DNA of 64,000 nt. Origin: Microthyrium microscopicum (taxonomy: Eukaryota). Shown one piece after another: positions 26,142 to 38,881 of this stretch. The notes beneath the pieces were generated by a model. The model saw only the letters and a list, made by a program, of their open reading frames with translations. It searched no databases and was not told where the DNA came from. Position numbers and translations under genes: made by a program. Within the stretch, counting starts at the first letter, position 1; every line of letters begins with the position of its first letter. The stretch covers positions 2,086,539 to 2,150,538 of the forward strand of contig MU004233.1 in the NCBI GenBank assembly GCA_010405405.1, written 5' to 3'.

Positions 26142-27019
26142 TCAAGGATCAATCACACCCATAATCTCACTCAACTTCTCGAGTCCGCCATCACCAAGCT
26201 TGTCTTTGACCTTGTTGAACATATCAGTCAGTTCATCACCACCCTCACCACCTTCCTTATCAGTGATGAGGCCCTTGAGCCAGCGATTCTCCATCTCTAG
26301 CTCGTTGACGCGCTTCTCGAGCTTTGTCGCCTTGTCGGTCATTTCTTTGGCCTGTTTTTCGAGTGCTTGTTCGCGCTGCTTCTTTTTTACGCGGAAGCGC
26401 GCGGAGGCGGCGGTATTGCGGCGGCGTTTGTCTTCTTCGGCGGCGAAGCGTGTGCGCTCTTCGAGACTGAGGTTTGGATCTTCGATGACGGAGGACTTCC
26501 GCTTGGCGGAGGTGGTTGTGGGGGTGGAAGGTGGAAGGGAGGACAGGTCTCCAAAGTTTGGAGATGAGGCTGAGTTGGTGTTGGCTAATAGGTTGGTGGA
26601 GTTGAATTTGAAGTCGGCTGCGCATTATGTGTTAGTGCTGGGAAGATAAAAAGGTAATGTAAAAGTATGGAGTAAGATGGGTTTGCTTTTTTCTTCTTGC
26701 ACGCGAGGATCACGCGCATTGAGTCTGGAAGAAATGGTATTGTGTCGAAAGAGAAAATGATAGAGCGTTTAGAGAGATACGAACCATTAAGGAAATCCAG
26801 TGAAGTCGATTGATCCCATGATGGGAATCCGGTATTGGAGGTTTCGCTTTGATCCAGGTTGGCGGACTGTGAAGAATCACCAAAGTCAAAGTTGATGAAG
26901 TTGGTGTCTGTGAATAGATTTGAGTCGTCTAGGTCGGTGCCAATGTCGAGTGTAGGCTGAGGATTGTTCAGATTGGCAAGGTAATCTGACATTTTGTTTT
27001 GTTTCCGGATCTTTTCCAT
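26142..27019 (-). CDS. metR: bZIP sulfur regulator MetR/CYS-3
   Basis: N-terminal SDYLANLN and LFTDTNFINFD motifs. Intron 26618-26784. bZIP EEDKRRRNTAASARFRVKKKQREQALE...LEMENRWLKGLI. Confidence 0.88.
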
Positions 27020-29011
27020 GCTGTGTCGAGTGTCGATGTTGAGTTTGCTGATGTCCCGGAGGACTAATTGCGAGACGGTATCAGGAACGATGTATTGATG
27101 AAGGTGGTCAGAGGTGGAGTAGACAGCAGTGAGGTAGGTGAGTTGTGATGTCGCAATTAAACGTGACTCTTGGCTGGGTCAGTTGAGCAGGATCAGCTTG
27201 GGTTTGTGGGGTATTGGGTGGTGAGAATTGGGACTGGTGTGAGTGGTTTGGTGGTAGACTGTAGTGGTGGGAGGATGAGAAAGGAAGCAACGTTTGAATG
27301 GCTGGATGGAAGAAGCGGGGCGCGGACAGAAGAAGAGAAGTCAAGAGTCGTTTACGCACAGTGCATCCACCTGCAGACCAGAAGTACCTTACTGGCAGGT
27401 GCCGCAGATTTGCAAGCCGAAAATCGGGGTGCAGCGGCGCAGGGAAGAAATAGAATTACACTGAAATATATGACTTGCGAGTGGGGGCAGACCTGAGTTT
27501 ACTGGGTTTATTGGGCTAGACTCTCTCTGTGTAGAGTGTGGCAGAAGGATGGCCTCCGTAGAATTATCTTTGCTGTGAACCCTAAAACCTAGTAACGAAT
27601 TGAAAGATGATTGACACCCAAATGACGGCAACACCCCGCTGATATTCACTATTTCCAGCATATACTACTCGCAGTCCGTCATCGACATTCTTTGACAGGT
27701 GAGAACCGTGTGATGGTTTAGAGGATACTACAACTCTGTCTCCGTATGCAGCATTAATCAGTGATTAGAAATTGGCAAACGGTGGCAGAACACAGAGTCA
27801 AAAGCGAGCAATGTTATCCAGGGAAATGACAGGCTCTTTCCAACCAAATCCTCCCGTAACGCGTACAAAAACCGTCTCTAAGAGGCACAACCGTCGTGGG
27901 ATTAATGATTATGGCGGGCAAAGTAGGCAAGGTTACAAATCAAACTTTGTCCACTTGACCGAAAGCGGCATGTCCACTCGATGCTTAATTGCGGGGAAAT
28001 CTTCTGAACGGCCAATCTCTGTGAGATGAAGAAGAGTCTGCATAACATAATCGGCAATATAAATGTGTCTTATTTCGTCTATATAAGAATGGCCTGGAGA
28101 TATAGACCTTCTAAAATGCAGTCTTGATGGCTTGCAGGTGAAGAAGAACGTGCGTCTTGGCGGTTCGTGGGCCTTGCAGATTTCAACCACTTTTCATTTG
28201 CTGCGCTTATTGCGCCTCCGATCCTCGCTGTGTCCAACATTTGAACAATCCTATCTTCGTCGTAAGTTCGGCCGAGTTCTATGCTAAAAAGGGTACCTGT
28301 TGCCGATTCCAAAGTGGTGAATTAGTTCATTAGTTTTCCTGTTCAACCTTGGAGTTCATGGGCTTCGTGTCTTTTCCATTATTACGCAGTACGAAACATA
28401 AAAAGTCCTCTACAGAGTTGAAGATGATATAATGGGACTCTTGGGAGAGGAAAGCCAAACATGTCATGACTGGCTACTATCTTTACACTCGCGGGTCATT
28501 GGCATTGACTACCATCAAATATCGCTTTAAGAAGAGATGCCATTGTTTCCAATAGTGCACTAAATGATTCACCTCATCTTTCAGATATTGGTATAAACAA
28601 TCCTAGAATCTATTCACAAGTCCTAGATACTACGTCAGTAATGTGGCCAGGTTTTGCTTTGATGCCAACAACATGAAGCTTCGTTGGCTTCCACCCACTA
28701 CATTCTGTTATCGACTACTTTTTTGTTTCTTATTGAGTATGTCGAATTACTTAAGAACTACCGAATACCATGGAAAGCACAGTGCAAGCTGTCCACCTGC
28801 ATGAAGGATAACGATACAACTTCTTGATAGGGAGTCGGCCGTATTGGAAGTTGCATCAAGCGCAGTTGGAGTCGGGACAAAGGCTTCCTTAATAAGTGTA
28901 TTGATGGAAAAGTGGGGCTCGTCATTCGTCACAACTCTCCTTAAACAACTAGCGCAATATTTAGTAAGGACTCATGACCAGATATAGTTTAGCGCTGGGA
29001 GTGACGACCAG

Positions 29012-29047
29012 ACGCGTCAAAGCACTTTCCAATGTTAACTTTCGCGT
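29012..29047. promoter_or_regulatory. MCB-like elements upstream of CHL4
   Basis: ACGCGT at 29012-29017 and TCGCGT at 29042-29047, about 130-165 bp before the ATG. Confidence 0.45.
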
Positions 29048-29176
29048 AACTTGCTCCAGTGCAACACCATCAACATCACGACTGCCCATTTCCCGTTACT
29101 GATCTCCTCGCCATGAGATCGAGTCGGATAACCAAAACCCCATTCGTAAACTGAGCGGGAGTCTCTTCTAAATAAA

Positions 29177-30508
29177 ATGGCGCCCAAAAAGACTTTGACC
29201 CTCCCTTCTCGCGATGCATTGTCTCATGGGTTACGCCTACCGTCGAATGACCCCACAGTCTTCAAAACACTTTACAAACTCAGCAAACCTTCCCTTATAC
29301 AACTCGCTACCGACTGGTGCTCTGAGGAATATCGAGACACATGCGGGCCATACATAAACCAAGATTATGCGCCCGAGGATCCAGACATCCCATGGGCCGC
29401 AGCCAACACCATCGAAGAGCTCGTCGAACTCTACGATGAAGAACGCACCCAGCGCAAAGGCTCCAAACGCGAACTCGTCGACCGCATCCTCGAAGGCGAC
29501 TGGCGCCACGGTCTCTCCCTCCACCAACTCGCCATGGCCGAATGCCAATCCCTCCTCGACCACCCCACCACCCACCGCTGGACCGCCTTCCGCATCGCCC
29601 TCTCCCCATCCTCCAAACCATCCTCAACAACCACCGCACTACCACCCATCCACGCGCCCTCCTTCATCCTCGCCCTGCACCACGAAATCGCCAGCCTCAT
29701 AAAAGCCCACTACCACATAACCCGGCCCCCCAATCTCCCACTAACCCTCATCCGCATCGCCCTCTTCGACACACCCTACACAACCACCACCCTCACACCC
29801 GCCCTCCTCTCCGCCAGCAAATCCATCTTCCTCGCCTTCCCCGACGGCGCACCCTTCATCTACATCAGCCTACCCACCGCAACCCTCAAAGCCCTCCAAG
29901 CAGACTCCACCACCCACAGTCTCCCCGCCTTCGTCGTAAAAGCCATCCCCGTCGCCCTATCCTCCCCACAAACCCGCTACGCTCTCCTACCCACACGCCT
30001 CTCCGCCCACTCACTATCGGCACTACTAGCCCTCCGAGGCGCAACGCGCGAGACAGGCGTGAACGGTGCATGGGCACAATACGCCGATGCAAACAGCACA
30101 AATAATGCGCTAGATTTCACATCCACGCCTATTGACCAGGATGATGCTATGAGCCTCGATTCCGAGGCACCCGGCAAACGCACTCTACCACTAAACTTTG
30201 GCCCACCACCGAGTAAACGACACCGTTCAATTGCCGCTGCACGCTTTGGACCTTCTGGTGCGCCAGGAGATGGCAAGGCGCTTAGTAGGTTAGATATCAC
30301 GCTGGAAGATGCGACTGAGAGTGCGAGTTGGGGACCGCGGGTGCGGGTGAGTTTTGCGGGGGCGCATGTGTTTGCGGGGATAAGGGCGTTGGTGGAGGCG
30401 GGTGCGATTGATGGGGAGCGGATGCCGGCGTGGATGACTGGGGAGGCGGGGGTTAGTGTTGGTGTTGTGAGGGATGGACGGTTGGAAGGGTGGGAGGAGA
30501 CGGTATGA
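29177..30508 (+). CDS. CHL4: Kinetochore protein CHL4/Mis15 (CENP-N)
   Basis: Intronless 443 aa with KRELVDRILEGDWRHGLSLHQLAMAE and C-terminal FAGAHVFAGIRALVEAGAIDGERMPAWMTGE. Confidence 0.88.
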   Translation: MAPKKTLTLPSRDALSHGLRLPSNDPTVFKTLYKLSKPSLIQLATDWCSEEYRDTCGPYINQDYAPEDPDIPWAAANTIEELVELYDEERTQRKGSKRELVDRILEGDWRHGLSLHQLAMAECQSLLDHPTTHRWTAFRIALSPSSKPSSTTTALPPIHAPSFILALHHEIASLIKAHYHITRPPNLPLTLIRIALFDTPYTTTTLTPALLSASKSIFLAFPDGAPFIYISLPTATLKALQADSTTHSLPAFVVKAIPVALSSPQTRYALLPTRLSAHSLSALLALRGATRETGVNGAWAQYADANSTNNALDFTSTPIDQDDAMSLDSEAPGKRTLPLNFGPPPSKRHRSIAAARFGPSGAPGDGKALSRLDITLEDATESASWGPRVRVSFAGAHVFAGIRALVEAGAIDGERMPAWMTGEAGVSVGVVRDGRLEGWEETV

Positions 30509-30795
30509 GGGGAAGGATAATGACGAAGCAGATGAGAAATATGGGATCGATGAATAAGGTTGGGAACATTAGCATTGGCGTTTGGACCAGATTGGAAATC
30601 ATGCTCTGACTCGGATTTGAACGAGCACATGGATATATTTCAACTTTTTCTATGGATACTAAGAAGAGACATCAAAAGCCTTCCAGCCAATCCTTGGTGA
30701 ATACACGCCGAAAATCCTACACATTGGGTGTGCCAATCGCCAAAGCTTTACTACTCAATACGAATCAATTACCTCGCACCCTCCCCATTCATCGA

Positions 30796-33369
<2,574 letters not shown>

Positions 33370-34766
33370 CTTGAAGTATTCGTGGGGCTCGTTTAGTCAG
33401 ACGATAGAGCTGGGATAGAGGGAGTCGGTTGGGATAATTCTGGAGCTGGAGCGTGGAGCGCTATGTTTCTCGGCTGGTCTGAATGGAGAAGTCGCTAAAC
33501 AGACAGGAGACGAAAGAGAGAAGGAAAGCAAAAGAGCAAAAGCCCAGATGCGACAGATATAGGCAAGCAAAGGCGGTGACAAGTGTCTTGAGTCTGGGGA
33601 TATAATATTGACACCTTTCTGGTTGAGGTCGCAGCATTTTGGCGTAGCGATGCCAAGCCACTAGTCCTGAACGTGGTCCGAGCGCCAAGCTCACCCTCAC
33701 CTGGAAAAAATCCCAACAACTTCTTCTTCTTCTTTCCCTTTTCTCCATCTACAATTCTTCCGCCGGCATTGTGCTACTGATATTCACATTACTATTGGTA
33801 GTCTAGGATTATTGGTTTCTAGGCTATTTTCGTGCTGGCGGAGATCAAATACCCGTTGCTGGGCGCCCGGAGAAGAAGGTTCTTTTTGATCCTCTTGAGT
33901 CTTCGGGAATCAGTAGAGGTTACATACTTGTTATGTTCAGTTTGCTTTAATAGCTATATGATCAGAAAACAACAAAATACTGGATCCAGGAAGAGCAGTG
34001 TAAACAGGTGATTTGGATGAGCAATGAACAATTGAGCATGGGCAACATTGATGTGCATATCTTCCCGCCTACTACCTACCAGGCAACCAAGTCTACACGG
34101 AAGACAGCATGGACATTTTGAAGCACGATTGAGGCAGTACTGGCTTCGTCTGATGAGTGTGGAACATGTCCGGAAACCGGCAGTGGATTTTGTGATATCA
34201 GGAGGACCTCAAGGAAGTAGCGACTTGAATTCCTCGAGTCTACCTAGCGCTTGATCGCGTGCCACTTGACTTTTTCTAGAAGACGAGTAACCAGGCTAGA
34301 GAGTATATCAAGCTTGCTACTCGAGCCACGTCGCTCTTCCAAATGCTTTGCTTGTTTTTTTTTGTTTTCGTTGATGATGGTACTAGGAATACTCGTGGAG
34401 ACTCGAGGAAGATGAATCTAAAAGACGTGACATGTTAGAGTCAATTTTCCATATATTGTCTACTAGTTGAAAGTACATGTGATATTGAGCGAATTCCCAG
34501 ACTGGAAATACTTGCCACGATATCTTCGCGATCAATACATGATCATTGATCGACCTCACGACCTAGAGAGGAGTACTTGAAGCGCACGGACTTTATGTAT
34601 GTGGGGTGAACGCCACCAATCTTGAGGCAGACAGCTTGACACTTCCGTCTTGGGCAACGTCCTCCCATCTTCACCGCACCTTGCTCTCCACAGATACTCT
34701 CGTACTACTACTGCTCTCCTATACCAAGCATCTTCCATCTCACAGCACCTTTACATATCCGCAATC

Positions 34767-36618
34767 ATGGACGGGGTTGCCGAAGAGTATGATGTTGTTG
34801 TTCTAGGAACTGGTGGGTGCCCCACTTTCTGTCTTTCATGACGTGCAATTAATACTTGATACCAGGTCTGACTGAATGCGTCCTGTCCGGGTACTTGGCC
34901 ATGATCTTCGATGATAGTATTACAATGCTAATTGCAAGCCAGCATACTCAGTGTCAAGGGCAAGAAGGTCCTACACATTGACCGTAACCCGCAATATGGA
35001 GGGTAAGACATCATCCCTCGATACCCAATGAGCGAATGCTAATTGTACTTTGTGAATAGTGAAATGTCCTCCGTCAACCTCGAATACGTATGAATACCTT
35101 TGATTTGTCCGTCCATAGTTAGTTCGGTGGCTAATCCAGAACAGTTATTCAAAAAGTACGAACACAAGTTTGGTCGCATAGCTTCCAGCACTCCTTGGAC
35201 CAAGCCAGGATCCGATGCGAGTGATACAAAGCCTTGGGAGAAGTTTCCACCTGCCAGGCACTGGAATATTGATCTCGTTCCCAAGCTTCTCATGGCTTGC
35301 GGCGAATTGACCAACATTCTCTTCCAAACTGGTATCACAGAGAACCATGAGTTTACACAAATTGCTGGAAGTTTCGTGCAGGTGGGACAAGGAAGCTCAG
35401 CAACCGTTGCCAAAGTACCAAGCACAGCTACCGAAGCAGCTACAAGTTCTCTCGTAGGTCTCATGGAAAAGTACGCTGCCCAGTCATTTATGAGATGGGT
35501 GGGTGCTTTCCAGGAGAATGACCCAGCCACACATAAAGGTAAGCACGATCTTTTGAATTGATATAACCCTTGACTGATCCGAGCAATTAGGCCTGAACAT
35601 CCAATCAGCTACCATGAAGGAAGTTTTTGAGAAGTTCGGTCTTAAAGATAGCACTCGCGACTTTATTGGGCACAGCATGGCTTTGCATCAAGACAACGCA
35701 TACCTGACCCAAGCTGGCATGATAAAAGACACCGTTTTACGAATCCGTCTATACGTCAACAGTATGGCGCAGTATGGCAGATCACCATACATTTACCCAG
35801 AATATGGACTTGCTGAACTTCCCCAAAGCTATGCCCGACTCTCTGCCATCTATGGTGGGACATATATGCTCAACACCAACGTAGATGAGTTCCTGTGGAA
35901 AGACGGCAAGATCAGCGGCATCAAGGCAACCATGACTGATCCAATTGACAAGTCAGAAATGTTAAAGTTCGAAACCAAGTGTAGCATGATTCTCGCAGAC
36001 CCAACTTATTTCCCAGACAAGGCCAGACCTACCAGATACCTTCTTAGAGCCATTTGCATATTGAACAGCCCAATTCCAGCGCTTCGGACTGACAAGAAAT
36101 GCAACGAAGACAAGAATTTTTCTCTACAGTTGATCATTCCTCAAAGTCAAATTGGACGAAAGAATGGCAAGTTACCCCTTGTCTCAACATGTAAACCGAC
36201 TAACATTTCACACAGATGTCTATGTTGCAGCACTTTCACCTCAACAGAAAGTTTGCCCCGATGGATATTACATCGCAACTGTGTCAACCATTTCTGAGGG
36301 TGGTTCAGATTATGTCAACGAACTCAAGTCAGGTCTGGACCAGGTTGGTACTCCAGTAGTGACGTTTATGGTACCACCTGTTCCAGTCTACGAACCATTG
36401 GAAAGTGGTCATCAAGACAAGGTGTTCTTGAGCAAGAGCTACGACTCCACCTCACACTTCGAATCAACCACTGGTAAGTTGCTGTAATTGTCACCACCGT
36501 CCAATTTACTGACACATGGGAATTAGATGATATCCAAGACATTTACTTCCGAGCCACTGGAGAACCGCTAACCGTCAAGGGTCTACGAGAAGGTCAACTT
36601 GCCGTTGGAGGAAAGTAA
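34767..36618 (+). CDS. GDI1: Rab GDP-dissociation inhibitor
   Basis: Multi-exon: EYDVVVLGTGLTECVLSG.LSVKGKKVLHIDRN, WNIDLVPKLLM, SPYIYP.YGL.ELPQ..ARLSAIYGGTYML, SYDSTSHFESTT. Confidence 0.93.
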
Positions 36619-37433
36619 TCGTAACCCGGGAACATGATATTGATGCCGCAACGATGATACTTCACCAGGGGTTGAGTGTCGGGAAGCAAGAAATTGTAGA
36701 CGAACTGCAATTGCCCTTGTTTTGTGGTGTTTGGTGAGCATAGCTAAATCGATTTTGTTCACTGCTTATAGGTGTCACTTATAAATCTGTACTACGGAAC
36801 TTCAAGTATATGTTTTTGGCGATCACACTGTCTCCAATACCGTATATCGACAGATCACATCTTTGTTCAACTTGTGAGGAAATCCGTTCAAACATTCCCC
36901 GCTTTCCATCTCTGGAAGGCTAACGCGTTTCACTTTGTTGGAGTCCTAGAGAGTACTAGCAACTGTTTGGCGTCAAATCAACAGCCATTGCCCCAGCTCG
37001 GAGAGCTCATACCCACGATACCTACCCTTGGTGTGCATTTCGTACCTGTCCCTTCGAACGGAGGATTTTCCTCTGAAGTGGCCTTATCAACGATACTCAT
37101 GGGGGCAGGCAAGGAACTATTGGCCTGTGAATATTTAGATTTGCTCACTGAATATCAAAGTTTGGTACGAATGTCAATATTCTCCTACTAGAGGCACTAA
37201 GAGGCTGAGAACAGTCCCATCATACGAGAGTTCGCGTACGGCCATTCCATCACTATCAGATCACAGTTCAGGCCAGAGCAGCTGAGAACAGTCTCTTCAC
37301 GTAGAGTACCAGACGCGCAATGTATCCATATAAGCCACTGACTTTTGGATTTTGACTTTGTATCACGTCTTCTTACTTACACCATTCTCATCATTACTTT
37401 CAAACAACAAACATTTCAACACCTACCATCAAC

Positions 37434-37755
37434 ATGAAGTTCACACTCACCATCGCCGCCCTCGTCGTTGCGGCCTTTGCTGCTCCCCAACTTCCATCCG
37501 AGATTGGACAAATTCCCCCATGCGGAGTAAGTTTGACGTCCTCTATCTTTTGCTGATGCTTTTGCTAACCTTTTCCAGCTCGCATGCGCCATGAACGCAG
37601 GAAAGGAAGCTGGCTGCGGACCCACTGATATCAAGTGCTTCTGCACTTCCGCGACTGCTCTTGCCGCCGCCACAGCTTGCGTCAACAAGGATTGCAGTCC
37701 TGAAGATGCGAAGAAGGCCATTGCGCTTGCTCAACAGCTGTGCGCCAAATATTAA
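37434..37755 (+). CDS. Minimal secreted CFEM-domain protein (89 aa)
   Basis: Signal peptide MKFTLTIAALVVAAFA. Intron 37527-37578. IPPCG|LAC...GCGPTDIKCFC...ACVNKDC...QLC gives the 8-Cys CFEM spacing. Confidence 0.88.
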
Positions 37756-38881
37756 GTACACAGCTGCTATGATGGGAGAGGAGTTCTAGGCTTCTGGGAT
37801 GGATAGGTCGGTCACTTTAGTGCAATTTAGATTCCGACCAGACACAAATAACAATGTAATTGCTCTCGTGGGAGAGGTTGAATACTCTACTTGATCCATG
37901 TGCCATCTTTTTACAGGAGTTTTCATCACAGCGGGTGACTCTGATTATCATGTAGTTTTTGTGTGTAGCTTGAGCACCTTGTTTTCAATCAACGGTACGA
38001 TAAAGCAAATTCTCCTCTCTAGTGTCACTTTAATCAACTTCCCTTTGTTACCAACTTATATACACCTCTATTGAACAAGTTGAAGTTCGAGTATGGAGGA
38101 CTATGTTGCATGGGTGGTGTTGATGGAATTGAGACGCATGCAGAAAGATTCGTTGTAGCTATTGGAACCTTCTATGCATCAGTGATTATCTTCTCGAGAA
38201 ACATCATAGATCCTGCAAGGCGTATATGGCCAACGTGCGGAGGAATACAATGAAGCCCTTGTTAATCAACAGACATCGATCTTGAGGTATCGCACCCTTA
38301 CTCTAGGGCAGCAGAAGAACCTGTTCGATCGTAATGGATAATTCCGATTCTGGATGTTAACTACAAGTCAAGGATAGAAGATGAAATATTTGGTTTTGGT
38401 AAAGGCAAAGCCTTGTTAGTAAAAATATGCCCACTTGTGCGTGACATATTATCTATAGAGTACTCTATCTTACTATCTTTCTTTTTTATAAAAACGAATT
38501 CAAGGGTATCAATGTCTTCCAGGAGGTTCGTCACCATCCAATATAATTTAATCTATTCAGAGGCCTACTGTCCGTCTTTTTTTACTTGGATTTATACTTC
38601 GATCCTTTTCAGCCTCATGTCATTCCCTAGAGCCACTTGCTATGGACTTTTTATACATACTAAATCCCCATACCCCTCCTCATTGATATACTGATGTAAT
38701 GTTGTCGTAGGCTTTTGTGTAATACTAAAGGTCTACCCCCCAGCTTAGTTGTGCTTGAATCTAACCATGTTATAGATAGTGTATCCATTGACTCTCTTTC
38801 GTCCTGCTGAGACATCGAAGGCCAAGCGAGCTACTCTCCATTGCAGGAGAACAGTACATCTCCTCCACAGACACAGCAACA

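Noticed and set aside
29237..30630. Many overlapping alternative-frame and antisense ORFs over CHL4 (also over MCM7 and the Zn2Cys6 gene)
   Set aside because: Explained by extreme C/G skew suppressing stop codons; translations are low-complexity.
38380..38760. AT/TpA-rich patch, possibly a RIP-degraded repeat
   Set aside because: No terminal repeats, TSD or recognisable transposon peptide.
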